Positions 27,695 through 38,100 of a stretch of DNA of 63,219 nucleotides are shown here, piece after piece. The notes under the pieces were generated by a model. It did no database searches and had not been told where the DNA came from. It was given only the letters and a program-made list of their open reading frames with translations. The position numbers and the translations under genes were made by a program. The stretch is from an uncultured Spirochaetaceae bacterium (lineage in GTDB: Bacteria > Spirochaetota > Spirochaetia > SZUA-6 > RPPD01): positions 6,930 through 70,148 of the forward strand of contig CAZEPL010000001.1 of NCBI GenBank assembly GCA_964514135.1. The letters run 5' to 3'. Position 1 is the first letter of the stretch. The number at the start of each line of letters is the position of its first letter.

Positions 27695-28840
27695 TCATCT
27701 TTTTATATTAACAGCATTTATGATTATCCCGGACAAAAGGATAACACTCATGCAGACAAAGATGGCATCGGTAGAAACCAGGTCGCCGCCTATCCCCATA
27801 ACAGTGGGGAAAAAAAGTAAGCCGGCAGTATAATAAGCAAGAAAAATGTTATTAAATACTACCTTCTCTTCCTCTTTGGCCCGGCTCACAAAACAGGCGC
27901 TGAGCGTGGGAAACAGAATTGAATGACCGACACCGTAAATTAATCCGATGATAAAAAGCAGAATAAAGGAATTTAAAAAGATTAATAAAAACATAGCACT
28001 CGTTAGAGCGGAAAAAGCAATAAAGAAAAGCAGTTTGGAAGGTATTTTATCAACCCGATTGAAAATAAACAGGCGGATAGTGATAGCAATTACCGAATAA
28101 GCAATAAAAAATAGAGATATATTAGGCTCCCCAAGTTTGGTACCGCTGGCTATGGGTATGAAAGACACAAATACCCCGTAAGCTCCTCCCAGGAGCATGG
28201 CAAAATAGCCGGCTCTTTTAATTCCGCTTTTTTTAAGAATAGTTATTATGTTATGACTTTTAGAAATTCCTTTAAAAGGTACATCGCTTTTAAGAAAGAA
28301 CATGAGCAGCAGTGCCAGAGTAAAAAAAACAGCAGACAGCAGGAATAAGTACTGAGGTCCGAACTGCTTAAATACATGCTCGCTTAAGAGTGAGCCTAAG
28401 GGAGAGGAGAGCAGACCGGATATGCCGTACACGGCCACACCGCCGCGTCTTTTTTCGGGCTGCAGGATGTCGTAAATGTAGCTGAATAATAAGGTAAAGC
28501 CCAATGCATAAGCTATCCCTGAAATAAAACGCAGGATGAGCAGCATAATTAAATTATTATAAAAGAAGTACATTGAAAGGACTGAAACCAATGACAGAAA
28601 AAATCCCGCAAGCAGGAGATGTTTGCGTTTTATTTTTTGCAGCAGCCGTTTCATGCTCACTACAAAAAGAATAAGCATAATACCTGTTGAGCTCATGAAG
28701 AAACCTATATAGGTAGCTGTTGCACCCATGTCCTTTAAGTGCTTGGGCAGAATGGCCAGGCTTGCAAAGCTTAAAAAAAAGCAGAGGTTAATTATAAAAA
28801 TGAAAAAAAATTTATATGAAAAAAATCCTTTACTCTTAAT
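27695..28840 (-). CDS. MFS transporter
   Basis: About 12 TM segments with MFS-like spacing. The frame is open 37 codons upstream of ATG 28729, covering TM1, up to an ATT behind RBS AAGAAGG. Confidence 0.8.
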   Translation of the reverse strand: MKSKGFFSYKFFFIFIINLCFFLSFASLAILPKHLKDMGATATYIGFFMSSTGIMLILFVVSMKRLLQKIKRKHLLLAGFFLSLVSVLSMYFFYNNLIMLLILRFISGIAYALGFTLLFSYIYDILQPEKRRGGVAVYGISGLLSSPLGSLLSEHVFKQFGPQYLFLLSAVFFTLALLLMFFLKSDVPFKGISKSHNIITILKKSGIKRAGYFAMLLGGAYGVFVSFIPIASGTKLGEPNISLFFIAYSVIAITIRLFIFNRVDKIPSKLLFFIAFSALTSAMFLLIFLNSFILLFIIGLIYGVGHSILFPTLSACFVSRAKEEEKVVFNNIFLAYYTAGLLFFPTVMGIGGDLVSTDAIFVCMSVILLSGIIINAVNIKR

Positions 28841-29037
28841 AACAGCCTTCTTTCTTTACGCAGACAATTTTGCCAATCATAAGCAGACATCGCACAAAGA
28901 GTCAAGGGAAGGGGTGGGATATATTCAGCCTAAGCGTTGATTTTTAATTTACAACAGGAATATCAATACACTATAATTGATTTAATTGGTTTGGTTGTTG
29001 CTTATTTCTTTGAATAAAAAGAAATGGAGGAATAATA

Positions 29038-29658
29038 ATGAAAGTCGGAATCGCTTATAGTAATGATGACAATTCTTTTGCCTCAGGACAAACTGTAGCG
29101 GAAAATGCCTTGATAAACGCGAATATTGAGAGACCGGATCTGGTATTGGCAATTTGCGGTGGGGAACTGGATTATGAAGAGTTTTTTTAACGGCATGCAG
29201 ACGGTTTTACAACATAAGGCTCCGATAATCGGCGGGTCTGCGGTCCGTGTGATTACCAATAACTACCTTTCATATAAAGGCTGCCCGGCAGCGGCGAACT
29301 GGTTCTGGTTGTAGATGATGTAGCAGAGCAGAGGTTAATAGCTTGCGAAATCTTGCAGAGACTCGGGTATACCGTATTAACCGCAGGCAGCGGAGAAGAA
29401 GCGGTCGAGTGCGTAAAAAACAAAGCACCGGATTTAATATTGCTGGATATGATTATGGAACCGGGAATTGACGGATTTGAAACATATAAGCGAATTCTTA
29501 AATACAATCACCGGCAAAAAGCCGTTTTAGTGGGCGGCTTCTCCGAAACAGAAAGAGTTAAACAAGCTCAGGATTTAGGGGCAGGAGAATACATTAAAAA
29601 ACCGTATCTTATTAAGAAAATCGCTCAGGCCGTTAAAAAGGAATTACAAAAAAAATAA
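29038..29658 (+). pseudogene. FIST-domain hybrid sensor kinase remnant (FIST start fused to receiver end)
   Basis: MKVGIAYS..DSFASG...PIIGGSAV (FIST-N; T7 frameshift at about 29182) joined to GSGELVLVVDD...ILLDMIM...IKKPY (receiver). Confidence 0.8.
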
Positions 29659-29854
29659 AATTATTATTCGCTAAAAATATTTCCGTTCCAGCTGTACTCG
29701 GCAGTCCCAATGACGTTTTCTTCTACTAATAAGCACTCTTCCTCTTTGGAGTAGATATAATAGTAATAGTATATTGCATGGATAATCCATTTTCAATTTA
29801 TATATGTAAAACAATAATTGAAAAACTGGATTTAATAGAGAATACTTAACATTG

Positions 29855-32800
29855 ATGAGTAAAGACACCCATACGAACTCACAGCTTGAACAGCCTCCTC
29901 ATACGAGTAAAGATGATCTAAAGGCATTTGCAGAGCGGTTTTGTGAAACAACTGCGCTTGATTATAAAAAAGATCTTTTAGCCGATTTTTTAACACGTAA
30001 TCCCTCAATGAAATCAACTAAAATTATTGATGCGGTTCCGGTTTTGAGTGATCGCAAGCGCTGTATCGAATATATTGCAGAGTACAAAGGGAAACTTTCT
30101 TTAATTGAAAATCTCACTCTCTCACGCAGGCTTGCCAATACCAATAGAGAGATTGATAAACGGGCAAAAGACATTTTTAGCAGAATGACAGCCAAAGACC
30201 GTAAAGGCAGAAAATTTGATGAAATTGTAATGGGGAATATCTCACCATTAATCAAGCATAATGAGAGTCAGGTATTGCAGAATGTATTGCATAGAATTAA
30301 TAAAATAAAGGACAGCTCCCCTATTACCGATATCTATGCTTCATTTATTTCGGACCTGATTACAGCAATTAACATTGTACAGAAGATTAAAAACAATGGC
30401 ATTACAGAAAAATCTCTAGAAGAGGTTTTTAAGCAATCACGATCTAAACTGTTGAAAGCCGGCATGCGTACCATGATGCAGAATGTCTTCTTTATGGATC
30501 CGCGGTTTGCTCTGTTCAAACAAAAAATCCAAGAACTGCTTCATGCATTTCGCAGTGAAGAATTGGAAAAAGAAGCGGAGAGCGGACGTATATTAAATAA
30601 AGAGGAAGCCTTAGAAGATCTCGCTCATGTGAAAGATTTGGAAACTTTTTTGGAGAAAGCCTCTGCTATTATTGAGAGCGGATCTGCATATATAAAACAT
30701 GTAGCAAAGCTCTTTGATCTTCGCTTAAATAATCCGCTCCTGAATATATATAAAATCCTCAAATTTCCCATTGACAGAGAATGCTTTTGGAAGTGGATGC
30801 AAAACGCACCGGTTCCCACCAAGCTTCTGCCTGAAATTAAAGCGGAAATAAGCAGTTTAAAAGACGAGTTTGAAGCTGATTCCAAAGCCAGAAAAGCGCC
30901 GGATTCCTATGAAGATTTGTTAAAACTCATATACGACTATAAAATTTGTTTTACAGATAAATATAAACTTATTACGGAGGCTGTAAAAAAAATACCTGAA
31001 AAGCAAGCACTGGAATTCTGCCTGGATCAGATAAAAAATGTGCATTATAAGATAGAAAAAAAATTTCTCACTGTGGTTATAAATCAATTGCAGCACTGCT
31101 TTTCGCATTCGGAAGTAGAGAAGATTCTGCTTGAAGACAAAAAAAAGATAAGTCAGCGTATTGAGGGTTACAAGCTCAAGTTAAAAAAGAATATCGATAA
31201 TCTTATGCAGAACAGTCAACAGCAGAACTATGAAGTAATGCCTTCGGTGCTGAAATATGCCGTAGAAGAAAAGATGATGGGCGAAGAGGCATTTTTACAA
31301 ATAGACCGGCAGGTAAATCCGGAGCGCAAGTTGGGATTTATAGTGCGTTTGGCCAATTCGCTTATCGGTTTCTATTTTTTACTTAATTGTCAGTTCATCC
31401 TCGATTTATGGAGACAATACTTTGCCTCACTCAAAGTAAGTGATGGTGTGTTCTTAAGGCATAAACTCAGCTCCCTTACCAAAGAAGAGATTTATAAGTT
31501 ATGCACGCATTATGTTCAAGAAAAACCTGTAGTCATAGAAAATTTAGAGAAATATCTGGATTGGGGAAAAGCGGAAAAACAAGTACGCAAGCACATGCTG
31601 GAGCGATTAGGAGAATCTGAGAGTTTTGCCCCAGAGATTACAGCAGGTAAATATCGTCTTACCGGCAATAAATACGGCACAACAATGTTTTTAAAGATTT
31701 TGGATAGTGATAAAAAAGTACGCTTTTATAATAAATCTCCGGGAGTCAATACCTATTTGGATTTCTTCAATATAATTAGGCAAAACAAGATTAATAATCT
31801 TATTAATGTTTCCGACGAACAGCTTAAGGTATTGTATCAGAATATTCATCTGCACACAATTAGTCTGCTTTCTGAGTATATAGAGGAAAGACTCAAACTG
31901 CTTACGTTTAAAAATTCTTTGCTTCGACTTTCCGCAAAAGAAATAGAGGTAGCATATAAAAAAAATGAAAATCCTGCTCTACATGTTAAGGAGCTTTTGG
32001 AGAGCGGGGAATCAGAGCGAGCCCTGCGCAATACACTGCTGGGCAAGCTTGATCAGGAGCTGAAAACCACACCGGGGCAAGAGACAAAGATCATAGAGCG
32101 TATAGGGCTTGAAATACAAAATCAAAATACTGCTCTTGAACATATTGCTGCCATGATGCGTTTTGTGAACACGCTGGAAACAAAACAGGATTGCCTGGAC
32201 CAGATCACAAGCGTATCGATAGAGGAGATCGATAAGTATCTGAGAATGCATAGGATTGCAGAGAACGAGGCTTATTTGGAAACGGTCTCGAACAAACTAG
32301 ATGCACAGGAAGCTGAACAAGGAACAACACCCGATATCAGCAAAACAAAAGAATATGTGCAGGAGCTTTCCAAGCCTGAAATATTTGTAGCGGATGGTTC
32401 CGTGTATGAAGAGAAATATGAATCTTTGGACCAGGCAAAAACCGCTTTAAAAGATACTATATTATTAAATTCAATTGAAGATAATCTCAACTTTTTAAAT
32501 GAGTTATTAAAAATTGGAAATAATGAGCTGGCTGCCAGAAGCGGGTATATAAAAAAACACAGTGCATATAAAAAGGGTTCAGCTCGGTACTTTCTTTATG
32601 TAAGAGAGCTCGATGAACAGCGTGCACTCATTAAAAAAACACAAAGGTTCCTGGAATTTGTTTCTCAGGAATTGGCTAAATTGCAGGAGGTTAAAAAACT
32701 TAACGATGCCGCTTCACAGCGGTTTAAGGTAATTGCTGAAAAAATTCAGGATAAGCAGCCTGCTCTACAAGCAGAACTATTGGCGGCAGACCTGCAGCAG

Positions 32801-35230
32801 CTTGTCAATCCGGAGCAGAAGTTGGGAGTCGCGGCAAAATTTTTATTGAACTCTTCCGCTGAGGATATAATCGAAAAAACAAAAGAGATAATTAAAAAAG
32901 GTTCGGTGAACAAGTATATAATATTAATTGCCCTGTATAACATAATAGATCAACAGCAGGATCATGATGCTAAGGTAAAGATTTTGGATGAGTTCTGCCG
33001 CTATCTGGAAGAAAACCACTATGAACTCTATTTGCAGTTAAAAGATCTGCTTGATACTCAACGCAATAATCTGCTTAACCAGTACAGAATAAAGCGGGCA
33101 AAGATATCAGATTTGTGGAGGGTCCTGGAGACACAACAGAAGAGGGAGGATAAGATCAAGTATCTTAATGAGCTATTAGCAGATAGTGAATGGAGTATGT
33201 TTTATTCGTATGTTGAAAACATTAGGCAAGGGCTTTTAGCGGAAAATGTTGATGATATGCTGACATGCAATAAGCATTTGGCTTTGGAAGATCAGCAGGA
33301 TCTGCTGCAGAAAATCAAACTGTTTCGCTCGCAAGAGTACGATACACCGGAAATAAGTGAAAGGCTTTCACTCAAACTGCTGGAACTCAGCGCAAGGCAA
33401 AGTGTGCTTAAAGACACAAAAACCAAAGTGTTCTCTCCTCAAGGCTTTTCGTTCATTATGCGTATTCCGGCCGATGAAGAGAAGATTATGAAATCAATAA
33501 ACTCCACCCTGTTTAAAGCAGAACGGGAAGCTGTAGAGAAGGAGTTTAAAGCACAGGGTATCTCCCAACACGAGATTACGCAGTATATAACGACAAACTT
33601 ACGCTCCGAGAGTGATATTTCGACTTTTATTTTTCAAAAGCCAAAAGAAAAAATTCAAAGCAGACAAACAGCTCCGCTTGCGCAAGATAAGCATGAGATT
33701 GAGAAAACGCAAAAACCGACCCCGGCAGCGCAGGAAAAGGATACCCATGAAAAAGAAAAAGTACCTGCTTCTAGAGTACCGGCTCAAGGATTTGTAGAAA
33801 ATGAGAGACAGGAAGCCGGACCGGATGAGAAACAGGGAACAAATACGGATAAAATAGAGGATGTTGCGGCTGCTTTAAATATATTTGGGCCTGTACAGGA
33901 AGGCGCGGAGCAGGAACTGATTTCAGAAATACAAAAGCTTGTATACAACAAGAAGATAACAGAGGCAGTTTCCAAAATACAGAACGATGTGGTTTGGGAA
34001 AGCGGCAAAAGCGGAGAGATCGACAGAATGTCCAGATTGCTTTATTCCCTAAAAGAATTACCTGTAATACATGAGCATGAGCAGGTAAATGATTTTTTGG
34101 AAAAGCAATTGCAGACATTAAGCTCGGTTATTATAAACGAAGCTCATAAAAAAACAAAAGAACCTTCCAAACAACCGACTCTGCTCCGAGAACAGAACGG
34201 GGAGGCGCCTGTACCAGAGAAACAAGCACCCGATAGCAAGGAGGTAGAATCGGTAGCACAAGTGGAAGAAAAGGCAAAGCAAGGTTTAAGAACTCTGATT
34301 ATGTCTTTGGAAGGATTAAAGGAGTTTACCAATCTGCATACCTTTGCTGAACAAAGGGATTTTGAAGAGGAAGAAGAACAAAGACTGGCACGGATTATGA
34401 ATGAGCTTATTGCAAAAGGTAATTTTATTTATTTGGAAAAAGAGCAGCTCCTGCTAGGGGGGGGAATGCTGAAACTCCTCATTGAAAGAGCATTTGATCA
34501 GCAAAGCATAGGCAAACCGGTAACCATAGATCCTAACTTATTAAAGAAGGCGTGGGATCTTATAAGAACGAGAGGAAACATTAAAGAGCAGCTGCGATTG
34601 ATTGGAGTAAGCAGCCAGGAAGAGCGAAGCGATCTATTTAAAGAGCTTGAGAAAATGTTGAGGCCGCATGGTGTGCCTGTTCATCAATTAACTAAAAAGA
34701 AGATGTATGCAAAAGCGGAGAGTGAATTACAAGACAAGGAAGCTCCTGAGCAACAGCAGGCAGAAGAGAAAGATCTGAAGCATGAGCACGTGCCTCATAC
34801 TAAAAGAGCAGTGCAGGAAAAGCGGCGGGGGCTATTTGCTGCTCGAGCTAAGCCTAAAAAAAAGCCCAAAGCAGCACGTCCTGTTAAAAAAATTGATTAT
34901 TCTCAGACCTTAAGAAAATATATCAATCAATCCTATGCGCCTGTGTTAACAGACTACATGAAGCGTATGTATAGAAAGAAGAAAGACTTTTTTATTCCCA
35001 TTAGCGGTAGAAAGCAATATTACGATATTGAGATATTAAGGCGCTCGGTTGAGGGGATATTACGAAAAGATGCCCGCGGTAAGCATCATACAGATCTATT
35101 GCATTCACTGAAACATGATGAAAGGCTTTTTTCCAGAATCGTCTCCGAGCTTTTTATTGAACATAAAACTGAAAATGGAAAAAGGTATTACTTTCCGAAG
35201 TTCTTAAAGGGCGAGATCGAATTATCGTAA
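29855..35230 (+). CDS. Very large hypothetical protein (about 1,790 aa), alpha-helical, no recognised domain
   Basis: Uninterrupted 5.4-kb ORF; rich in K/E/L/Q; no signal peptide, TM segment or catalytic motif recognised. Confidence 0.9.
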   Translation: MSKDTHTNSQLEQPPHTSKDDLKAFAERFCETTALDYKKDLLADFLTRNPSMKSTKIIDAVPVLSDRKRCIEYIAEYKGKLSLIENLTLSRRLANTNREIDKRAKDIFSRMTAKDRKGRKFDEIVMGNISPLIKHNESQVLQNVLHRINKIKDSSPITDIYASFISDLITAINIVQKIKNNGITEKSLEEVFKQSRSKLLKAGMRTMMQNVFFMDPRFALFKQKIQELLHAFRSEELEKEAESGRILNKEEALEDLAHVKDLETFLEKASAIIESGSAYIKHVAKLFDLRLNNPLLNIYKILKFPIDRECFWKWMQNAPVPTKLLPEIKAEISSLKDEFEADSKARKAPDSYEDLLKLIYDYKICFTDKYKLITEAVKKIPEKQALEFCLDQIKNVHYKIEKKFLTVVINQLQHCFSHSEVEKILLEDKKKISQRIEGYKLKLKKNIDNLMQNSQQQNYEVMPSVLKYAVEEKMMGEEAFLQIDRQVNPERKLGFIVRLANSLIGFYFLLNCQFILDLWRQYFASLKVSDGVFLRHKLSSLTKEEIYKLCTHYVQEKPVVIENLEKYLDWGKAEKQVRKHMLERLGESESFAPEITAGKYRLTGNKYGTTMFLKILDSDKKVRFYNKSPGVNTYLDFFNIIRQNKINNLINVSDEQLKVLYQNIHLHTISLLSEYIEERLKLLTFKNSLLRLSAKEIEVAYKKNENPALHVKELLESGESERALRNTLLGKLDQELKTTPGQETKIIERIGLEIQNQNTALEHIAAMMRFVNTLETKQDCLDQITSVSIEEIDKYLRMHRIAENEAYLETVSNKLDAQEAEQGTTPDISKTKEYVQELSKPEIFVADGSVYEEKYESLDQAKTALKDTILLNSIEDNLNFLNELLKIGNNELAARSGYIKKHSAYKKGSARYFLYVRELDEQRALIKKTQRFLEFVSQELAKLQEVKKLNDAASQRFKVIAEKIQDKQPALQAELLAADLQQLVNPEQKLGVAAKFLLNSSAEDIIEKTKEIIKKGSVNKYIILIALYNIIDQQQDHDAKVKILDEFCRYLEENHYELYLQLKDLLDTQRNNLLNQYRIKRAKISDLWRVLETQQKREDKIKYLNELLADSEWSMFYSYVENIRQGLLAENVDDMLTCNKHLALEDQQDLLQKIKLFRSQEYDTPEISERLSLKLLELSARQSVLKDTKTKVFSPQGFSFIMRIPADEEKIMKSINSTLFKAEREAVEKEFKAQGISQHEITQYITTNLRSESDISTFIFQKPKEKIQSRQTAPLAQDKHEIEKTQKPTPAAQEKDTHEKEKVPASRVPAQGFVENERQEAGPDEKQGTNTDKIEDVAAALNIFGPVQEGAEQELISEIQKLVYNKKITEAVSKIQNDVVWESGKSGEIDRMSRLLYSLKELPVIHEHEQVNDFLEKQLQTLSSVIINEAHKKTKEPSKQPTLLREQNGEAPVPEKQAPDSKEVESVAQVEEKAKQGLRTLIMSLEGLKEFTNLHTFAEQRDFEEEEEQRLARIMNELIAKGNFIYLEKEQLLLGGGMLKLLIERAFDQQSIGKPVTIDPNLLKKAWDLIRTRGNIKEQLRLIGVSSQEERSDLFKELEKMLRPHGVPVHQLTKKKMYAKAESELQDKEAPEQQQAEEKDLKHEHVPHTKRAVQEKRRGLFAARAKPKKKPKAARPVKKIDYSQTLRKYINQSYAPVLTDYMKRMYRKKKDFFIPISGRKQYYDIEILRRSVEGILRKDARGKHHTDLLHSLKHDERLFSRIVSELFIEHKTENGKRYYFPKFLKGEIELS

Positions 35231-35241
35231 TATGCATATGG

Positions 35242-35817
35242 TTAAATGCCTTTGCGAAAATCTTGTATTGATTCATTTTTAAATTTAAAGTCTTTAAAAA
35301 TAACACGGCAGCCTTCTCCGATTGGACTCTGTGCCGTGATGCCCAAAAGCTCGCTGTTATAAGATTTATGTGTGAACGGAAATAAACGTACCATTTTCCA
35401 ATCCGAGGAGTTCGGGGAATAATATAAACCGATGACACTTGCCTTGCGACTGATTTTTAATGTGAGCGAGTTAAATTCAATCTTTTCTCCATTACAATCG
35501 TCACTTTTCCCGTTGGTGACGACACTTACAAGCGAAGGATAACCTAAATCCGTTTTTTCAAACGCGAATTTAATCCACTGTTTTTTAGCCGCATAAAATA
35601 GAATGGCACCTGCATCGTATGTATTTTTAAAATCCGGGGATATGCTGCATGAAAAAGTGAAATCACCGGATATTTCTTTAAAAAAGAACGGTGCATTTTT
35701 CATTGAATAATCCGACAAGGGATCTTCAAAAAAATCTGTTTTTTCAGGGGCGTATATTATTATGTTATTATTGTCGATTGAGTATGTGTCCGGTTTGTTC
35801 AGCCATTTTAAAAACAT
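35242..35817 (-). CDS. DUF1349 domain protein
   Basis: APEKTDFF, NAPFF, YDAG, WIKFAFE, SVVTNGKSDDCN, AQSPIGEG motifs. Confidence 0.85.
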   Translation of the reverse strand: MFLKWLNKPDTYSIDNNNIIIYAPEKTDFFEDPLSDYSMKNAPFFFKEISGDFTFSCSISPDFKNTYDAGAILFYAAKKQWIKFAFEKTDLGYPSLVSVVTNGKSDDCNGEKIEFNSLTLKISRKASVIGLYYSPNSSDWKMVRLFPFTHKSYNSELLGITAQSPIGEGCRVIFKDFKFKNESIQDFRKGI

Positions 35818-35928
35818 TGCTCTTCTCCTGTCATTTATACCTCCAATTCAATAGTAAATCAATTTAATAAATTTAATCAAGACCAATGGCTATTAGAGGT
35901 TTAGCTTAACTGGAAAAGAACAGTGAGC

Positions 35929-36342
35929 TTACTCGATTACTTTCCTGCGCAGAAGTTTGAGCTGTCCCCGTTTAATTTTACGATTAAGACGTTTTAAGCG
36001 GGAGGTTTTTGTGGGTAGCGACGGCCTACGTTTTTTGGGTACAGATAAGACGCTTCGAATAAGTGCCTGAAGACGCTTGAGCGCCGCTTGCTTATTTTTT
36101 ATTTGGCTTCTGTGCTGCTGCGACTTAATAACAATAATGCCGTCTTTAGTAATACGCTGATCTTTTAAGTTTAAGAGCCGTTTCTGATATTGCGAGGGTA
36201 AGGACGAATCATTTATATTAAAGCGTAAATGCACAGAGGAGGAGACCTTGTTTATGTTCTGGCCCCCCGGACCCTGAGAGCGGATGAATTTAAGTTCGAT
36301 TTCTGTGAGGGGAATGCTTATGTGCTTTGATATATATAACAT
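35929..36342 (-). CDS. arfB: Alternative ribosome rescue peptidyl-tRNA hydrolase ArfB
   Basis: RSQGPGGQNINK (GGQ), SQIKNKQAA, basic C-terminal tail. Confidence 0.95.
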   Translation of the reverse strand: MLYISKHISIPLTEIELKFIRSQGPGGQNINKVSSSVHLRFNINDSSLPSQYQKRLLNLKDQRITKDGIIVIKSQQHRSQIKNKQAALKRLQALIRSVLSVPKKRRPSLPTKTSRLKRLNRKIKRGQLKLLRRKVIE

Positions 36343-36354
36343 TCTTCACCTTCG

Positions 36355-38040
36355 TTAATTAATATTATTTTCGGAAATACCTGTATTTTCCTGTTCACTA
36401 TGTACAGATTTATAGAGGGTATAGCTTCCCGCCAGGTTGGCAGCTCTGGTAAATCCATGCTGAAGGAGGATGCGCAGAGCAAAATAGGCTTCTTTACCCT
36501 GATAACAATATATCACCACTGTCCGGTCTTTGGGGATTTCTAAAAGTCGCTTTCGCAGCTCTGAGAAAGGTATGTTCACGGCACCGGGTATGTGACCCGC
36601 CTTAAACTCTTGTTTTGTACGTATATCTAAAAATAGAGCATTTTCTTTTTTAAGCTCAGGTATCCGCTCCCATGGAACAACTATATTCTTACCCTGCATC
36701 TGATTTATAGCGACCATACCGGCCAGGTTTACCGGATCTTTGGCCGAAGAATAGGGTGGGGCATAAGCCAGCTCCAGTTCGGCAAGATCGAAAACCGTTT
36801 TTCGGTTTTGAAGCATTGCGGCGATTACGTCTATTCTCTTATCCACACCTTGTTTACCAATTATCTGTGAACCCAAAACACGGCCTGTTTTATCTTCATA
36901 AAGTAGTTTGATGTGTAAGGGAAAAGCATCGGGATAGTATTCCGCATGGTGAGAAGGAATTAAATATACTTTATTGACATGACGTTTTTGTGGCTTAAGC
37001 TGTTTTTCGCTGTTGCCGGTCATGGCCACAGCAAGATCAAATACTTTGGCGATTATGGTTCCGGTGGTGCCTTTATAAATTGCTTTTGCGCCGTAGATAT
37101 TGTCGGCTATGATGCGTCCCTGTTTATTGGCCGAATTGGCCAGGGGGATAAGCATATTATCTCCAGAAACTATATCTGTAATTTCGGCGGCATCTCCGAG
37201 TGCATATATTGCGGGATCATTGGTCCGCATAAACTTGTCTACTTTAATACCACCACGAGCTCCTATTGAGAGCTCCGCTTGTTTTGATAGGCTTACTTCA
37301 GGTTTGATACCCAGTGCTAATATTACAATATCGCTTTTTATACTCCGCCCGCTCTGCAACACAACGTGCAAAGAATCATGCGAACGCTCAAACTTCTCTA
37401 CTCCGTCATTTAAATAGAGTTCTACATGTTGTGAGCGCAGGTGCTGATGTATAAAAGTAGCCAATTCATAGTCCAAGACATTCATTACCTGATTGGATAG
37501 TTCTACAATCGAGACTGATAGATTAAGCTTATGCAAGTTTTCAGCGACCTCCAGTCCGATAAAACCTGCTCCGACCACCACTGCTTTTTGGGGATTATAC
37601 GACTGAATAAAGTTTTTAATTGCATCCATATCGGTGAGGGTGCGTAAAGTAAAAACATGTGGATCATCAATCCCGGGCAGAGGAGGGCGAATTGGAGAAG
37701 CGCCGGGAGAAAGTACAAGGTGGGTGTAACTTTCTTCATAAACATCATTGGTTGATAGATTTTTTACAGTTACGGTTTTCTTTTTTCTGTCGACAGCTAT
37801 CACTTCGGATTTTACACGTACGTCTATATTGAGTTGTTGATTAAAATATTTTTTACTTACAAGTACCAGCTGTCTGCGTTTGGGGATTACATTGCCTATA
37901 TAATAGGGAATACCGCAGTTGGCATAAGAAATATCCTTTCCCCTTTCAAACATAATAATTTGTGCGGTTTCATTATTGCGCCGCAGCCGGGCTGCGGTGC
38001 TTGCTCCTCCTGCTACTCCGCCCACTATTAAAACTTTCAT
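36355..38040 (-). CDS. cdr: CoA-disulfide reductase / NADH oxidase family with C-terminal rhodanese domain
   Basis: GGVAGG, SYANCGIPY, GAGFIG, YAPPYS; rhodanese DIRTKQEF..GHIPGA..YC. Confidence 0.9.
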   Translation of the reverse strand: MKVLIVGGVAGGASTAARLRRNNETAQIIMFERGKDISYANCGIPYYIGNVIPKRRQLVLVSKKYFNQQLNIDVRVKSEVIAVDRKKKTVTVKNLSTNDVYEESYTHLVLSPGASPIRPPLPGIDDPHVFTLRTLTDMDAIKNFIQSYNPQKAVVVGAGFIGLEVAENLHKLNLSVSIVELSNQVMNVLDYELATFIHQHLRSQHVELYLNDGVEKFERSHDSLHVVLQSGRSIKSDIVILALGIKPEVSLSKQAELSIGARGGIKVDKFMRTNDPAIYALGDAAEITDIVSGDNMLIPLANSANKQGRIIADNIYGAKAIYKGTTGTIIAKVFDLAVAMTGNSEKQLKPQKRHVNKVYLIPSHHAEYYPDAFPLHIKLLYEDKTGRVLGSQIIGKQGVDKRIDVIAAMLQNRKTVFDLAELELAYAPPYSSAKDPVNLAGMVAINQMQGKNIVVPWERIPELKKENALFLDIRTKQEFKAGHIPGAVNIPFSELRKRLLEIPKDRTVVIYCYQGKEAYFALRILLQHGFTRAANLAGSYTLYKSVHSEQENTGISENNIN

Positions 38041-38100
38041 AAACCCGTCCTTTTATTGTATTATAATATAACGATATTGTTCTTTTAAAAGAAGTGAAAA

